64,000 nucleotides of DNA from a virus. Taxonomy: Duplodnaviria > Caudoviricetes. Position 1 is the stretch's first letter; each line of letters begins with the position of its first letter. The notes below the pieces were generated by a model that was given only the letters and a program-made list of their open reading frames with translations, did not search any database and was not told the origin of the DNA. Both the position numbers and the translations under genes were made by a program. Where the stretch lies: positions 1 to 64,000 of the IMG/VR virus record IMGVR_UViG_2918249483_000002; one strand, written 5' to 3'. Positions 18,158 to 27,325 of the stretch are shown one piece after another.

Positions 18158-21073
18158 CTAAGCCGCGACCTGCGCCCGAGACGGCGCATAGAGGGCGTGA
18201 TGGGCGTTGGCCTGGGCGAGAAGCGTCGCCATGCGCTTTGGGACCGAGTTGCCGACGAGGCGCATCGCCTCGGTCTTGGTCAGCGGCCGGGTGACATGGA
18301 CGACGTTCCCGTCCTCTCCGGTGACGACCAGCCCCTTGCGGTCGCGCTTCGGGACGGTGATCTGGTCCGGCATGCGCAGCTCGTGCGCGGCGGCAGCTTC
18401 GGTCGGCGTCAGCATCCGCATGCCGATGTCGATCACGAGCCATTGGCCGACGGTGACGAACTCCCGGTCATCCCAGCAGCCGTGGGCGCGGAGGAAGTTC
18501 GCCACCTGCCGGGCTCGCTCCAGCTTCTCCGGCGAGAGGTCCGGCCAGAGGGAAGCGCCGGTGACCGCGAATCGGTCATTGGTGGTGAGGGTGTTCAGGG
18601 GAGCGTCGCAGGTCTGATGCTGGCCGCCGACGCTGTAGTACTCGGACAGATAGGCGGCGGTGACGCCGGAGTGACCGCCGCCTCGTTCACCGCCCGTGCA
18701 CATGGTCGGTGCCGGCTCGGTGACCGGTTGGCCGTCGCGCGAGGTGCCGCGGAACTCGGTGACGTAGGCGGCGGCGACCTGCTGCTGGGTGCCTGCGGTT
18801 GTCATGGTGGACAGCGGGTCATCCGCCGTGTGGCCGATCACCCCGGTGTTGTGCTGGACCAGCCAAGCCCCGACGACGCCGTGCTTCGCGCCGCCCGCGA
18901 CCTGGGTGCCGACGGGTTCGCCGACATCAAGAGCGCGCGGCGCCTGCCCCTCGCGCTCGCCATAGCCGGTCTGGACCATGGCCGCGCCGATGACCGCGCT
19001 GTGCTCCTTCCCGGTCTGGGTTGCCAGAGGCGCGTCCGCCGGTTGACCGACGCTCCGGGTGCGATGCTCCTCCAGGAACGCACCGACGACGCCGAAGCGC
19101 AGGGCGCCGGCCATTACCGTGTCGATCGGCTCCTCCGGCGCCTGCCCGACGCTGTTCTCCTGGAACTTGGTCAGGTGGGCAGCGACGACCCCGTGATGAG
19201 GAATCTGCGTCTGGGCGCCGAGAGGCTGCTGGACCTGCTGGCCAATGCTCTCCCCACGATGCTCGACCACGTGGGCGGCAACGACGAAATTCCGGTTGCC
19301 GGTGGTAGCGGTTGGCATCGGGGCTTCGACTGCGGCCCCGATGTTGTTGGCATTGTTCGCCATGACAGCGGGAGCGAGAGTTGCCGAGACGATCCCCAGC
19401 GGGGGCGCAGCTCCGGGGTGGTAGGCCGAGTGGGAGCAGGTGACGGTGTGCAGCGGCTCCGTCAATTCGTGGCCGATGCTGTTGTTTCGGAATTTCGTGA
19501 CGTGCGGTGCCAGAACGGCCCCGACCATGCCGAACCGGTTCTCGGTGGTAAGGGTGGCCAGCGAGTCCGACGGATCGGTGCCGCGAGCCTCACCTGGGCG
19601 GCGTTCGCCGTGGTAGCGGGTCAAGTGTGCCGCGATGACGGCTTGGTCGTTGCTCCCCGTCGCCGTGCGCAGGGCGTCCTTGATGTCGTAGGTCCGGCTA
19701 CCGCTCCGGGCGTCGTCTCCATGCGCAACCCCGACCAGGGTGGCGGCGACCACGCAGCGATCCTCCTTCGTCGTGCTGGTGTTCAGCGGATCAGCGACAT
19801 CCATCGGAGGGACCTGGGCCGCTCGGCCGCCGGCGCCGATGATGGAAGCGCCCATAACCGCGAGTTCGCCGCCCTTCACGCCGGCGGTCAGGGTCGGAAG
19901 CGGGGTCGCGCCATCGTGGATCCGCGTGTCGCTGCTGGTGTGGGTGGTCGGAACAACTGCCGGGCCGACCACGGCGAACTCTCCACGATGTGCGCTGGTG
20001 ATGGTCGGGATCGGCTCATCCACGTCATGGTCACGGCAGCCGTGGGTCAGGTGAACCAGGAACGGTTTCTCGGCCTCCAGCACGAAGCGCTTCAGCCCGA
20101 CGGCGATCCGCTTCTGGGTTGCCGCCGCCAGATCCTTCTTGCGGCTGAAGATCGAGGGCAGCGGGAGCGACCAGTCGATGATCTCTGCGGCGGCGCGGTA
20201 GGGCAGGCGGGAGCCAGAGCGCACCAGTTCCGAGTTCCTGGGGGCATGGGTCAACTGCGGCCAGACGATGGGCTTGTCATCGAAGACGCCGACACCCCAG
20301 AGCCGGATGCGGCTGGTCGGAATGCCGACATCGGCACAGCGGATGTCTCGATCCTCGTACCGGACGCCAAGGCCTTCCATGTGCCTCACCCAGGCGCGAT
20401 AAGTCCGGCCGATCCCGGTCTTTCTGTCGATGGCCTTCGGATCTCGAACGAGCTGCTGCTCCTGCACCGGGACGCGCTCGCCCTTGGCCGCTACGGTGCC
20501 GTCCAGTTTCAGGACCCGACCCGTTGCCTTGTCGCGCTTGGCGATCAACCTCGCCCAGCCCCGGATTTCCCGAACGTTTTCCAGGTAGACCACCGCCGGC
20601 CCCAGCCCACGCTTGCGAAGCTTGCCGACCCAACGGCATCCCTGCCATGGCATTGAGCGAACACGCTTCGATCGCGGAGCGCCGCCCTTCGCGACGGAGT
20701 GGTCGCGACAATCAGGACTCAACCACAGGATGTTAACATGGCGGTTCTTAGTCGCCCTTAACGGGCAAACCTCATATATGTCGGCGTGCAGATGCCGGGT
20801 GTGCGGGTTCAGCGCCTTGTGGGCGGCGATGGCGATTCCGTCGTGGTTGACCGCGACATGGACGGGGAAGCCGGCATCCTCCAGCCCCTGGCAGGCGCCG
20901 CCGAGCCCCGCGAAGAGGACGACGTTGATGGCGTCGTCCAGCGGCCATTGGCCGTCAGGACGTCGTTCTTGGTCGCCGGAGCGTCGACGGCTCCTTGTGC
21001 GGGCGCGATTCGGTTTGATCGCCGTGGAGACCGGCAGCATGTCGGTCTCGAACAGCGAGGGCATGTCGTCCAT
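18158..21073 (-). CDS. DNA (cytosine-5)-methyltransferase with repeat-expanded variable region
   Basis: LFAGLGG (I), SPDC (IV), ENV (VI), TSRIRL (VIII), MRMLT..E (IX), GNSV (X); ~14 internal repeats. Confidence 0.92.
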   Translation of the reverse strand: MDDMPSLFETDMLPVSTAIKPNRARTRSRRRSGDQERRPDGQWPLDDAINVVLFAGLGGACQGLEDAGFPVHVAVNHDGIAIAAHKALNPHTRHLHADIYEVCPLRATKNRHVNILWLSPDCRDHSVAKGGAPRSKRVRSMPWQGCRWVGKLRKRGLGPAVVYLENVREIRGWARLIAKRDKATGRVLKLDGTVAAKGERVPVQEQQLVRDPKAIDRKTGIGRTYRAWVRHMEGLGVRYEDRDIRCADVGIPTSRIRLWGVGVFDDKPIVWPQLTHAPRNSELVRSGSRLPYRAAAEIIDWSLPLPSIFSRKKDLAAATQKRIAVGLKRFVLEAEKPFLVHLTHGCRDHDVDEPIPTITSAHRGEFAVVGPAVVPTTHTSSDTRIHDGATPLPTLTAGVKGGELAVMGASIIGAGGRAAQVPPMDVADPLNTSTTKEDRCVVAATLVGVAHGDDARSGSRTYDIKDALRTATGSNDQAVIAAHLTRYHGERRPGEARGTDPSDSLATLTTENRFGMVGAVLAPHVTKFRNNSIGHELTEPLHTVTCSHSAYHPGAAPPLGIVSATLAPAVMANNANNIGAAVEAPMPTATTGNRNFVVAAHVVEHRGESIGQQVQQPLGAQTQIPHHGVVAAHLTKFQENSVGQAPEEPIDTVMAGALRFGVVGAFLEEHRTRSVGQPADAPLATQTGKEHSAVIGAAMVQTGYGEREGQAPRALDVGEPVGTQVAGGAKHGVVGAWLVQHNTGVIGHTADDPLSTMTTAGTQQQVAAAYVTEFRGTSRDGQPVTEPAPTMCTGGERGGGHSGVTAAYLSEYYSVGGQHQTCDAPLNTLTTNDRFAVTGASLWPDLSPEKLERARQVANFLRAHGCWDDREFVTVGQWLVIDIGMRMLTPTEAAAAHELRMPDQITVPKRDRKGLVVTGEDGNVVHVTRPLTKTEAMRLVGNSVPKRMATLLAQANAHHALYAPSRAQVAA

Positions 21074-21126
21074 GGTGAACCTCTTGATGATGGGCGGCGC
21101 CGGTGCGCCACAGTTGGGGGGAGGCG

Positions 21127-21609
21127 CTAAGCCTCAGAAGGGGATGGGGATCGCATCTCGTTCAGAGCTTCCTCCGCCGCTGCGCGAGCACGCGGACAGT
21201 CAGACCGGAGGGCAAGGTTCAGAGCCTCCAGCTTGGCAGCGACGACGCCGATGCCGACCAGCTGGGTCCAGAAGGTGATCTCGCCCTGACTGTGCTGCTT
21301 GTCATGGCAGCCGTAGATCGGGCCGGACGGTGATTTCCCCATCGACTTGGAGGTGTCGCAAAGCGGGTTGCAGTAGATGTCCGAGGGCTTCTCGGGCTTG
21401 AACCCATCGGTGCCTTTCCACAGGTGAGCCGCAGCCACGAACATGGTCCGGCCGCACGCCCGGCAGGGCTGGCGCGCAACGAACTCCAGGTGCTTCCTGC
21501 TGCGGAACTGCGTCTCCGGCTTCGGCTCCAGCCGATCGACGGGTTGAACCAAGAAGGCAGGATCCCGCTTATCGATGAGGGGAGGCCGCTTGGCCTTCTT
21601 GATGCTCAT
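21127..21609 (-). CDS. HNH-like nuclease (DUF968/HNHc_6-like)
   Basis: RSRKHL.FV..QPC..CG ... AH ... KPSD....PLC ... CH..QH..GE..FW. Confidence 0.75.
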   Translation of the reverse strand: MSIKKAKRPPLIDKRDPAFLVQPVDRLEPKPETQFRSRKHLEFVARQPCRACGRTMFVAAAHLWKGTDGFKPEKPSDIYCNPLCDTSKSMGKSPSGPIYGCHDKQHSQGEITFWTQLVGIGVVAAKLEALNLALRSDCPRARAAAEEALNEMRSPSPSEA

Positions 21610-22346
21610 GATGAGGCCGCCTGGCTGTCGGCCGCGCCACCCACCGGCTGATCGTCGCCGGCAGCGGCGCGCAGGATCCCGGTGATGGCGATGGCCAAGC
21701 GGTCGACGAGTTGAGCGTGCGTGCATCCCTCGCGCACCACCTGCTGCCCATAGAAGTTCGGGAGCGTTGCCGTGTAGAGCCGCACGAGAACCTGCGACCC
21801 GTTGATGAACTCGTAATCCTGGCTGTTGCTGAGGGTGCCGATCGGCGTTCCCTCGAAGCTGATCGCGTCGGATGCCGGCGACGCGTAGAGGCGCTTGATG
21901 ACGTTTGCCTTGGTGATTTCCCACCCGGCCCCGGTCCGGCGCCGCTGCACCGGCCTGCGGGTCGGGCTCTGAGCCTTCAAGCGCTCGATCGTCCGCTCGA
22001 TGACGTCGAGCAGCTCCTCCTGCGTCCTGCCGGCGGCGACTGCCCAGCGGTAGTGCTTCTGGCCGACCGTCTCGTCGAGGGCCGCGTCGATTTCCGTCCG
22101 GAACTGGAATTTGCTCGGGACCTGCGGATGTCCGTAGACGTTCCGGCAGGCCAGCACGAGGGCGTTGTTCAAGCTGATCGGCCACTGCTCGGCTTCGGCC
22201 AGCCAGAACGATGTGCGGCCCGCAGCGATGTCCGCGAAGCCCACTTCCTTCCAGCCCCTGCGCTTCAGGATGGCGAGCGTTTCCTCCAGCACAGCCAGAG
22301 GCGTCGGCTTGCGCGGGCGCTGTCCGAGCTTGATGACCTCAGCCAT
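21606..22346 (-). CDS. Hypothetical phage protein
   Basis: Start MAEVIKL; operon chain. Confidence 0.6.
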   Translation of the reverse strand: MAEVIKLGQRPRKPTPLAVLEETLAILKRRGWKEVGFADIAAGRTSFWLAEAEQWPISLNNALVLACRNVYGHPQVPSKFQFRTEIDAALDETVGQKHYRWAVAAGRTQEELLDVIERTIERLKAQSPTRRPVQRRRTGAGWEITKANVIKRLYASPASDAISFEGTPIGTLSNSQDYEFINGSQVLVRLYTATLPNFYGQQVVREGCTHAQLVDRLAIAITGILRAAAGDDQPVGGAADSQAASS

Positions 22347-22668
22347 GGCGATGCGCCGCAATTATGTGTTGCGCGCCATCAACCTCGGCTTGGAACTGGG
22401 CGCCGATCCCGCCGTCGAACATCAGGATCTCCGCTGGGCCGTTCCGGTCGCCGATCAGGATGCCGTCGAGTTCGGCGCGCTCCTTGCGGGTCAAGTTGCG
22501 CCATTTCTGGATGTCCCAGTTGTCGCCCATCAGGATCCCGCGCGGTGCGTGCGCCTGCATGCGGCCAACACTGAATCCGTTCTCCGCAAGCCACCTCTCG
22601 GCAGCGCGCACCGCGACGAAGTCGCCGGCCTCGGTGAAGGCCTTGGTGAGGATGGTGGAGCGTTGCAT
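22339..22668 (-). CDS. Hypothetical phage protein
   Basis: F.EAGDF.A..AAE.WL..NGFSVG.MQ..APRG......I.KWRNL. Confidence 0.7.
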   Translation of the reverse strand: MQRSTILTKAFTEAGDFVAVRAAERWLAENGFSVGRMQAHAPRGILMGDNWDIQKWRNLTRKERAELDGILIGDRNGPAEILMFDGGIGAQFQAEVDGAQHIIAAHRHG

Positions 22669-22678
22669 GGGCGGCCCC

Positions 22679-22966
22679 TCAGCCGAGCAGGAAGATCAGC
22701 CAATCGAGGACGAAGAGGGCGACCAGCATCGTCAGGAAGTCGCCGATGAAGGCCATGCACCGGCGCGCCAGCCCGGGGACTTGGGTGACGGCGCCGACCG
22801 AAAGGGCGGTATGTGCCTGGCACGGCGCCGAGGTCTGCAGCATCTCCATTGGACGATCGAAGCCCAACGTCACCGGACGGATGTCGCAGACATTCGCGCC
22901 GTCGGCGCCGATGCGGTTGGTTCGGTGCATGGGGAGGGCCGATCCGTCATGGTTCGCGGTCATCAT
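22679..22966 (-). CDS. Hypothetical protein with C-terminal TM helix
   Basis: Hydrophobic C-terminus; contains a perfect iteron copy. Confidence 0.45.
   Translation of the reverse strand: MMTANHDGSALPMHRTNRIGADGANVCDIRPVTLGFDRPMEMLQTSAPCQAHTALSVGAVTQVPGLARRCMAFIGDFLTMLVALFVLDWLIFLLG
22775..22790 (+). repeat. Isolated perfect iteron copy
   Basis: GGGGACTTGGGTGACG, identical to origin iterons at 4120 and 4193. Confidence 0.75.
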
Positions 22967-22978
22967 GGTGTTGCGCCT

Positions 22979-23074
22979 TCAGAAGGGGAGGGCGGTCAGG
23001 GTGGCCAGGATGAAGGCCGCGATCAGCACCGCGATACCGCCCAACAGAGGCGTGTGAACGACGCGTTCGAACAT
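22979..23074 (-). CDS. 31-aa single-TM small protein (not in ORF track)
   Basis: MFERVVHTPLLGGIAVLIAAFILATLTALPF*, GGAGG RBS. Confidence 0.6.
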   Translation of the reverse strand: MFERVVHTPLLGGIAVLIAAFILATLTALPF

Positions 23075-23358
23075 GGAGCCCTCCGGTGTTTGTGAAGCGG
23101 GCCGGGGCCTGCATGCCGCCGGCCGCTCCGCCGCACAGAAGCTGCCGTTTCCTCATTGGCCGGTGGGCAGCGATGGCCGGAAAGGGGATGCGCCGGCTTC
23201 TAACTTCACACCGACGTCGGCCACGGGCTTTGCCTTGGTCCTGCGGAACCGCAGTTTTCCCGGCGCAGCTGACACGCCGCAGCGCATCCCCTTCACGCCC
23301 TTAAGCCCTGCGACGGGATGGTGACCGTCCGCAGGGCTGGAAGGGGAGGGGAGGGGCG

Positions 23359-23556
23359 TCAGGCGGCGAGCCTGGTGGCCGAGCCGGGCCGGACCTTGCG
23401 CTCCTTGCCGTCGTCGCATGCGACGATCAGGAGGGAGGCGCCGCCCTTGCAGGGACGCTTCTCGGTGAATCCGGTGACGGTGCCCTTGACCTTGCCGATC
23501 GCGTTCGGGCCGGGCTTGAACTCGACCCGGTCGTCCTTCTTGATGCTCTCGCTCAT
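23359..23556 (-). CDS. Small SH3/KOW-like phage protein
   Basis: MSESIKKDDRVEFKPG...GTVTGF; AGGG RBS. Confidence 0.6.
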   Translation of the reverse strand: MSESIKKDDRVEFKPGPNAIGKVKGTVTGFTEKRPCKGGASLLIVACDDGKERKVRPGSATRLAA

Positions 23557-23600
23557 GCTCTTTCCCTTTCTGGATCGTGATGGGTCGTGCCGGCTCGGGA

Positions 23601-23849
23601 TCAGCGCCGCGGCGGGGCGCGGTCGCAGCCGGGCGTCGCGGCGTTGTCCAGGACGATGGCGGGGATGTCCGCCGAGATGTCGAGGCGCTGAACGTCGAAC
23701 CACTGGCTATCCGGCAGCTTGCCGTCGGCGCTCATCGGCGGAACGACGAGCGCCTGGTTGCAGCCGGTGAGATACTGAACGACGCCGGTGACGACGCCCT
23801 TGAAGCCGGTGACCTTGTCGGTGACGGTGTTCCCAAGCATCTGCTGCAT
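23601..23849 (-). CDS. Small SH3-like phage protein
   Basis: LG..V.DKVTGFKGVVTG...YLTGC.Q.LV.P ... WFD.QRL. Confidence 0.7.
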   Translation of the reverse strand: MQQMLGNTVTDKVTGFKGVVTGVVQYLTGCNQALVVPPMSADGKLPDSQWFDVQRLDISADIPAIVLDNAATPGCDRAPPRR

Positions 23850-24720
23850 CCCGGTGTTGATGAGAAAGTCTTCCACTGCCTCAACCCCCACCCGGCGGCC
23901 GGGTAAGGGGGTGGGGGAAGAGGAGCCGATCAGGTAGGCGATCGGGCACTTTCAGCGTTTAGGTGACCGGTTTTCCCCGCCGGCTGGGGGCTCACGATGT
24001 CCGACGTGGCCCGGCTCAGGAATGCCGCCATCATCTGAGAAGAGGCGGGGCCTATTGACCGCAGCCGGGCCGGCATGCCGGCGGGCTGCAGCGTTCGGCC
24101 CCGCATGCGGAGCCGGGGCGATCGGGCGGCGCTCGCGGCACCAAATGGATCAGGGTATCGGAGGAGGGGAGGGGCCATCCAGCGGGCTCCCACGGCAGCG
24201 GGGCAATCGGTCGGAGCAGGTCAGAACCCAATCCCAACAGGTCAGGCCCAACCAGCGAGATACAGGCGAAGGTCAACAGCGAACGCATCATCCACACCCC
24301 ATCCGCCGCGCATCCCACCGTGTCGGCATCGGTCCCAAGGGCGAACCCCTCTGACGCCTCAAGCCCCACCGTTGCCGGTAAGGGGCTGGGAAGGTGGCCG
24401 GCGCCCCGCGAAAAGCACCGGCCGGATCCGACACACGAACGCCGCAAGAGCCCTTTCATTGGTTGATGCGCCGTCCAGGTTCCGGTGGATGGCAATCCGG
24501 GCTGAGGGGCTCCAGCTCGGTGCGGGGGGCACACGCGCAGGGGAAGCGGAGCCGGGGCCCCTCATTGCCCCAACCCCGCCCCAGCCATCACAGCCGGGAG
24601 CGGGGTTGGAGGCCGGAACTTCCATCCGGCTGCCGATGCGCTCGGTCTGCGAGCCTTGCCGAAGGGCCTGTGTGTCGGCGGTGATGCGGGGCGGAGCTGG
24701 CCGCCACCGCGCGGTATCTT

Positions 24721-24795
24721 TCGGGGCGGTGGGATTCGAACCCACGACCTGCGGCACCCAAAGCCGCTGCGCTATCCAGGCTGCGCTACACCCCG
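24721..24795 (-). tRNA. tRNA-Pro(TGG)
   Basis: CGGGGTG/CGCCCCG acceptor stem, GCGGC-TTTGGGT-GCCGC anticodon arm, GGTTCGAATCC T-loop; no encoded CCA. Confidence 0.93.
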
Positions 24796-24798
24796 ATC

Positions 24799-24874
24799 TG
24801 GTGGAGCCTGTCGGGATCGAACCGACGACCTCCTGCTTGCAAAGCGGGCGCTCTCCCAACTGAGCTAAGGCCCC
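24799..24874 (-). tRNA. tRNA-Ala(TGC)
   Basis: GGGGCCT/AGGCTCC acceptor with G3:U70, TAGCTCAGTTGGGAGAGC D-arm, TTTGCAA loop, GGTTCGATCCC, encoded CCA. Confidence 0.93.
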
Positions 24875-25385
24875 AGGTGCCGGGCCTTGCATCCCGGCTG
24901 TCCGGTCTCTCACCGGCTTGTGGGCCTCCTCCGCGCGATCTTCAGCGGCTCCCCGCGCGGCCGTGACCTCCATCATCTCCCGACATCCGGTTACCCGGAG
25001 CGGGCCGGCTTGCGCCGAAGTGGCCCTGACGCGTCCCCGCTGGCGGTTGTCAGGAGCCTGCACTGGCTTAAGCCCGACCCCACCGGCAGGCTGGGGTAAC
25101 GGGCTTGGGGGAAGATGCCGCCGGGCTGGGGGTGAGCCGCCCGGCGGCAGAGGTTTGGGAGGAAACGCCCGTGTGGGCAGGTGCACGCGCCGAGGCGCGA
25201 AACCGATGGGTCAGACTCCGTCGAGGGAAACGTCGGGATTGGACGAGGCTTGGCGCTGACGTGCTGCCCGCTTCCGAGCCGTTTTCCTGTTCGCCACGTA
25301 GCGCGGATCCTTGCGCGATTTCCGTCGTGCGGCTCGGGCCTGGGAAGCGGTGCTCATGTCTTCGTCCTCGCTCCGATGTTGATGA

Positions 25386-25580
25386 TCAGGCGCAGGCCAG
25401 GTCGAGATACCGGCCGTGGAGTTCGTCGGCGAACTTGCTGTAGCTCTCGCTCGGCTCCCCGAGCGCTTCCGCGACCGCCGCCATGCTCGCGGAGAACGCC
25501 GCAGCCTTGCGCAGATTGCGAAGGCCGCCGTCGTTCAGAACCGACAGCACGGTCACCTCGGTGTCGCCGATGGTCCTCAT
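25386..25580 (-). CDS. Hypothetical protein
   Basis: ATGA overlap with upstream gene. Confidence 0.55.
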   Translation of the reverse strand: MRTIGDTEVTVLSVLNDGGLRNLRKAAAFSASMAAVAEALGEPSESYSKFADELHGRYLDLACA

Positions 25581-25804
25581 GCGGCTCTCCGATAGGCGGC
25601 CAGTTCGGCATCGCGCAGCGCCATCAGCTTCTCGCGCAGCGCCGGCCAGTCCTCGTGCTGCAGGTCCGGCATCCGCTCGACAGCCGGGATCACGATCCCG
25701 TTGTCGAAATGCCAGCTGTCATCGTGGATTGCCGCGGGGAGCCAGACCGAAGCCCAGAGCAGAAGCATCAGGTCGTCGTTCGAGATCAGCGGGCCGCCCA
25801 TCAC
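25577..25804 (-). CDS. Hypothetical protein
   Basis: Coupled to flanking genes. Confidence 0.55.
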   Translation of the reverse strand: MMGGPLISNDDLMLLLWASVWLPAAIHDDSWHFDNGIVIPAVERMPDLQHEDWPALREKLMALRDAELAAYRRAA

Positions 25805-26367
25805 GCGGCCTCGCCGAACAGCGGCGCCGACCGCTGGGCTTCGAGGTCACCCCGGGTGATCCACGCCATGCTCCGTTGCGCCGGCGCATTGAAGCTCTGG
25901 TAGACGCTGAAGCTGAAGAGCAGGGACTGCGCCGTGCGCAGCGACCACACCACGAACTCGTCACCGCTGAACGCGGCGGGATCGAAATCCGCCCCCGCGT
26001 AGCTGACGCCGTCGATGTTGATGTAGGCGCGGCCGTCGGCGCGCCAGCCGACGACCTTCAGCCCGAGCATCTCGATGTGGAGCGCGTCCTCCGGAACCGC
26101 GGCGGTGCATGGTGCGCCGGAGGCCTGCGGCTTGTTACCGCGCGGATCGTTCGAGCGCAGATGGCTCCGGCGGCGGAGAACCTGCTCGGCGAGGCCGTGG
26201 GCCGCTTGGCAGACGCCGAGAGCGCAGGCCTCGGTCGGATACATTTTCGGCAGAACGTCGCGGAACAGCCCAGTGGAGCCCCCGACCGAAACCATCATGT
26301 CGCTTCCCAACAGGAAGAACGACACGGAGCCAAGCTTGGGGAGGTTTCGGAAGGAGACGGTTTCCAT
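25801..26367 (-). CDS. First gene of leftward (pL) operon, hypothetical
   Basis: GAGG RBS directly downstream of OL operators. Confidence 0.55.
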   Translation of the reverse strand: METVSFRNLPKLGSVSFFLLGSDMMVSVGGSTGLFRDVLPKMYPTEACALGVCQAAHGLAEQVLRRRSHLRSNDPRGNKPQASGAPCTAAVPEDALHIEMLGLKVVGWRADGRAYINIDGVSYAGADFDPAAFSGDEFVVWSLRTAQSLLFSFSVYQSFNAPAQRSMAWITRGDLEAQRSAPLFGEAA

Positions 26368-26413
26368 CTTCGGCTTGCCTCGGTTGGAGTAGCGCTTTTG
26401 ATGGAGTCATGTT

Positions 26414-26461
26414 CGCGATATATCGCGGTGAAGTCAAATGGAAAATCCGCGATTTATCGCG
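26414..26461. promoter_or_regulatory. OL operators / leftward early promoter
   Basis: Palindromes CGCGATATATCGCG (26414-26427) and CGCGATTTATCGCG (26448-26461); TTGACT on minus strand (26437-26432); same motif as OR. Confidence 0.85.
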
Positions 26462-26540
26462 GATGCGACGGTTTGTCGATCTTGCCATAATCAGGTTGTG
26501 CGATCTGCTGATCGCTCGCTCTGAAGTGAGGTATGGTGGG

Positions 26541-27287
26541 ATGGCTGAGCGGCGCAGGCTCGTCAGCGACTTAGCAAAACGACTGGAACTCGATTACGTC
26601 GGATTCGACCGCGTCAGATCGGCCCGCCAGGTCGTTCTGGTGCAAGTCGAGGAATACGAAACGACGGAGCGGGTCTACCGAGTGTCGCTGCGCTGCAGGT
26701 CGGTGGATGGTGGGCGGACGCTGAAGGATTTCCTCTCGAACCGCATCCTAGGCCTAGTCGATCTCGATACCGGCGAGTGTGTCAACGATATCCCGGCCTA
26801 TCTCTGCGACCTGCTGGCCGAAGCTGGGGGCGAATTGCCACGGTACTGGCCAAGGCCGGAACACGACCCGATCCGCAGCACCTCATTGGGTGTGGCGTTC
26901 GATCGACACGGCTACGCAGTGGGTTGGGCGTTCGGGGTTCATTCGTCGTTCCGTAGCGCGCTGGACATCTTGTACTCTGCCGATTCGAAGTCGAGCAACG
27001 GCATCTGGACCCAAGGTATTCCGCCAAGATACGGCTTTGAGGTTGGCGACCTGATGCACTCGCCCGCCCCTTGGGGGCCGCAGACCCGGTATTCGGTTCA
27101 GGTTAAGTCACTGAATGACCAGGAGGTCACGGTATCGTTGATGGTTGTCAATGATCGTCGGGTAATAAGTTCACAAGAACTAACCATGTCGCAATCTGAT
27201 TTTGCGGAGTTGCTGAGAATCGGCATTCCTCAACAGTCTGCAGTAGTTGCGGAGGCTGAGCATCATCTGGAACCCACAGCCCCATAG
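26541..27287 (+). CDS. Protein with N-terminal WYL-like domain
   Basis: LELDYVGFDRVRSARQV ... LRC ... DFLSNRILGLVDLDTGE resembles WYL; unknown C-terminal domain. Confidence 0.65.
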   Translation: MAERRRLVSDLAKRLELDYVGFDRVRSARQVVLVQVEEYETTERVYRVSLRCRSVDGGRTLKDFLSNRILGLVDLDTGECVNDIPAYLCDLLAEAGGELPRYWPRPEHDPIRSTSLGVAFDRHGYAVGWAFGVHSSFRSALDILYSADSKSSNGIWTQGIPPRYGFEVGDLMHSPAPWGPQTRYSVQVKSLNDQEVTVSLMVVNDRRVISSQELTMSQSDFAELLRIGIPQQSAVVAEAEHHLEPTAP

Positions 27288-27325
27288 CCCTCCGCCGCGG
27301 TTATCGGATTAGGCCACTTTTTGAG

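Noticed and set aside
17723-20656. 977-aa plus-strand ORF
   Set aside because: Antisense shadow of the C5 methyltransferase in high-GC DNA; no motifs
24721-24874. tRNAs as prophage attachment site
   Set aside because: No duplicated tRNA 3' end or integrase seen; phage genes continue on both sides
27290-27310. CCGCGGTTATCGG as an extra repressor operator
   Set aside because: Wrong spacing and missing half-site relative to CGCGA-N4-TCGCG
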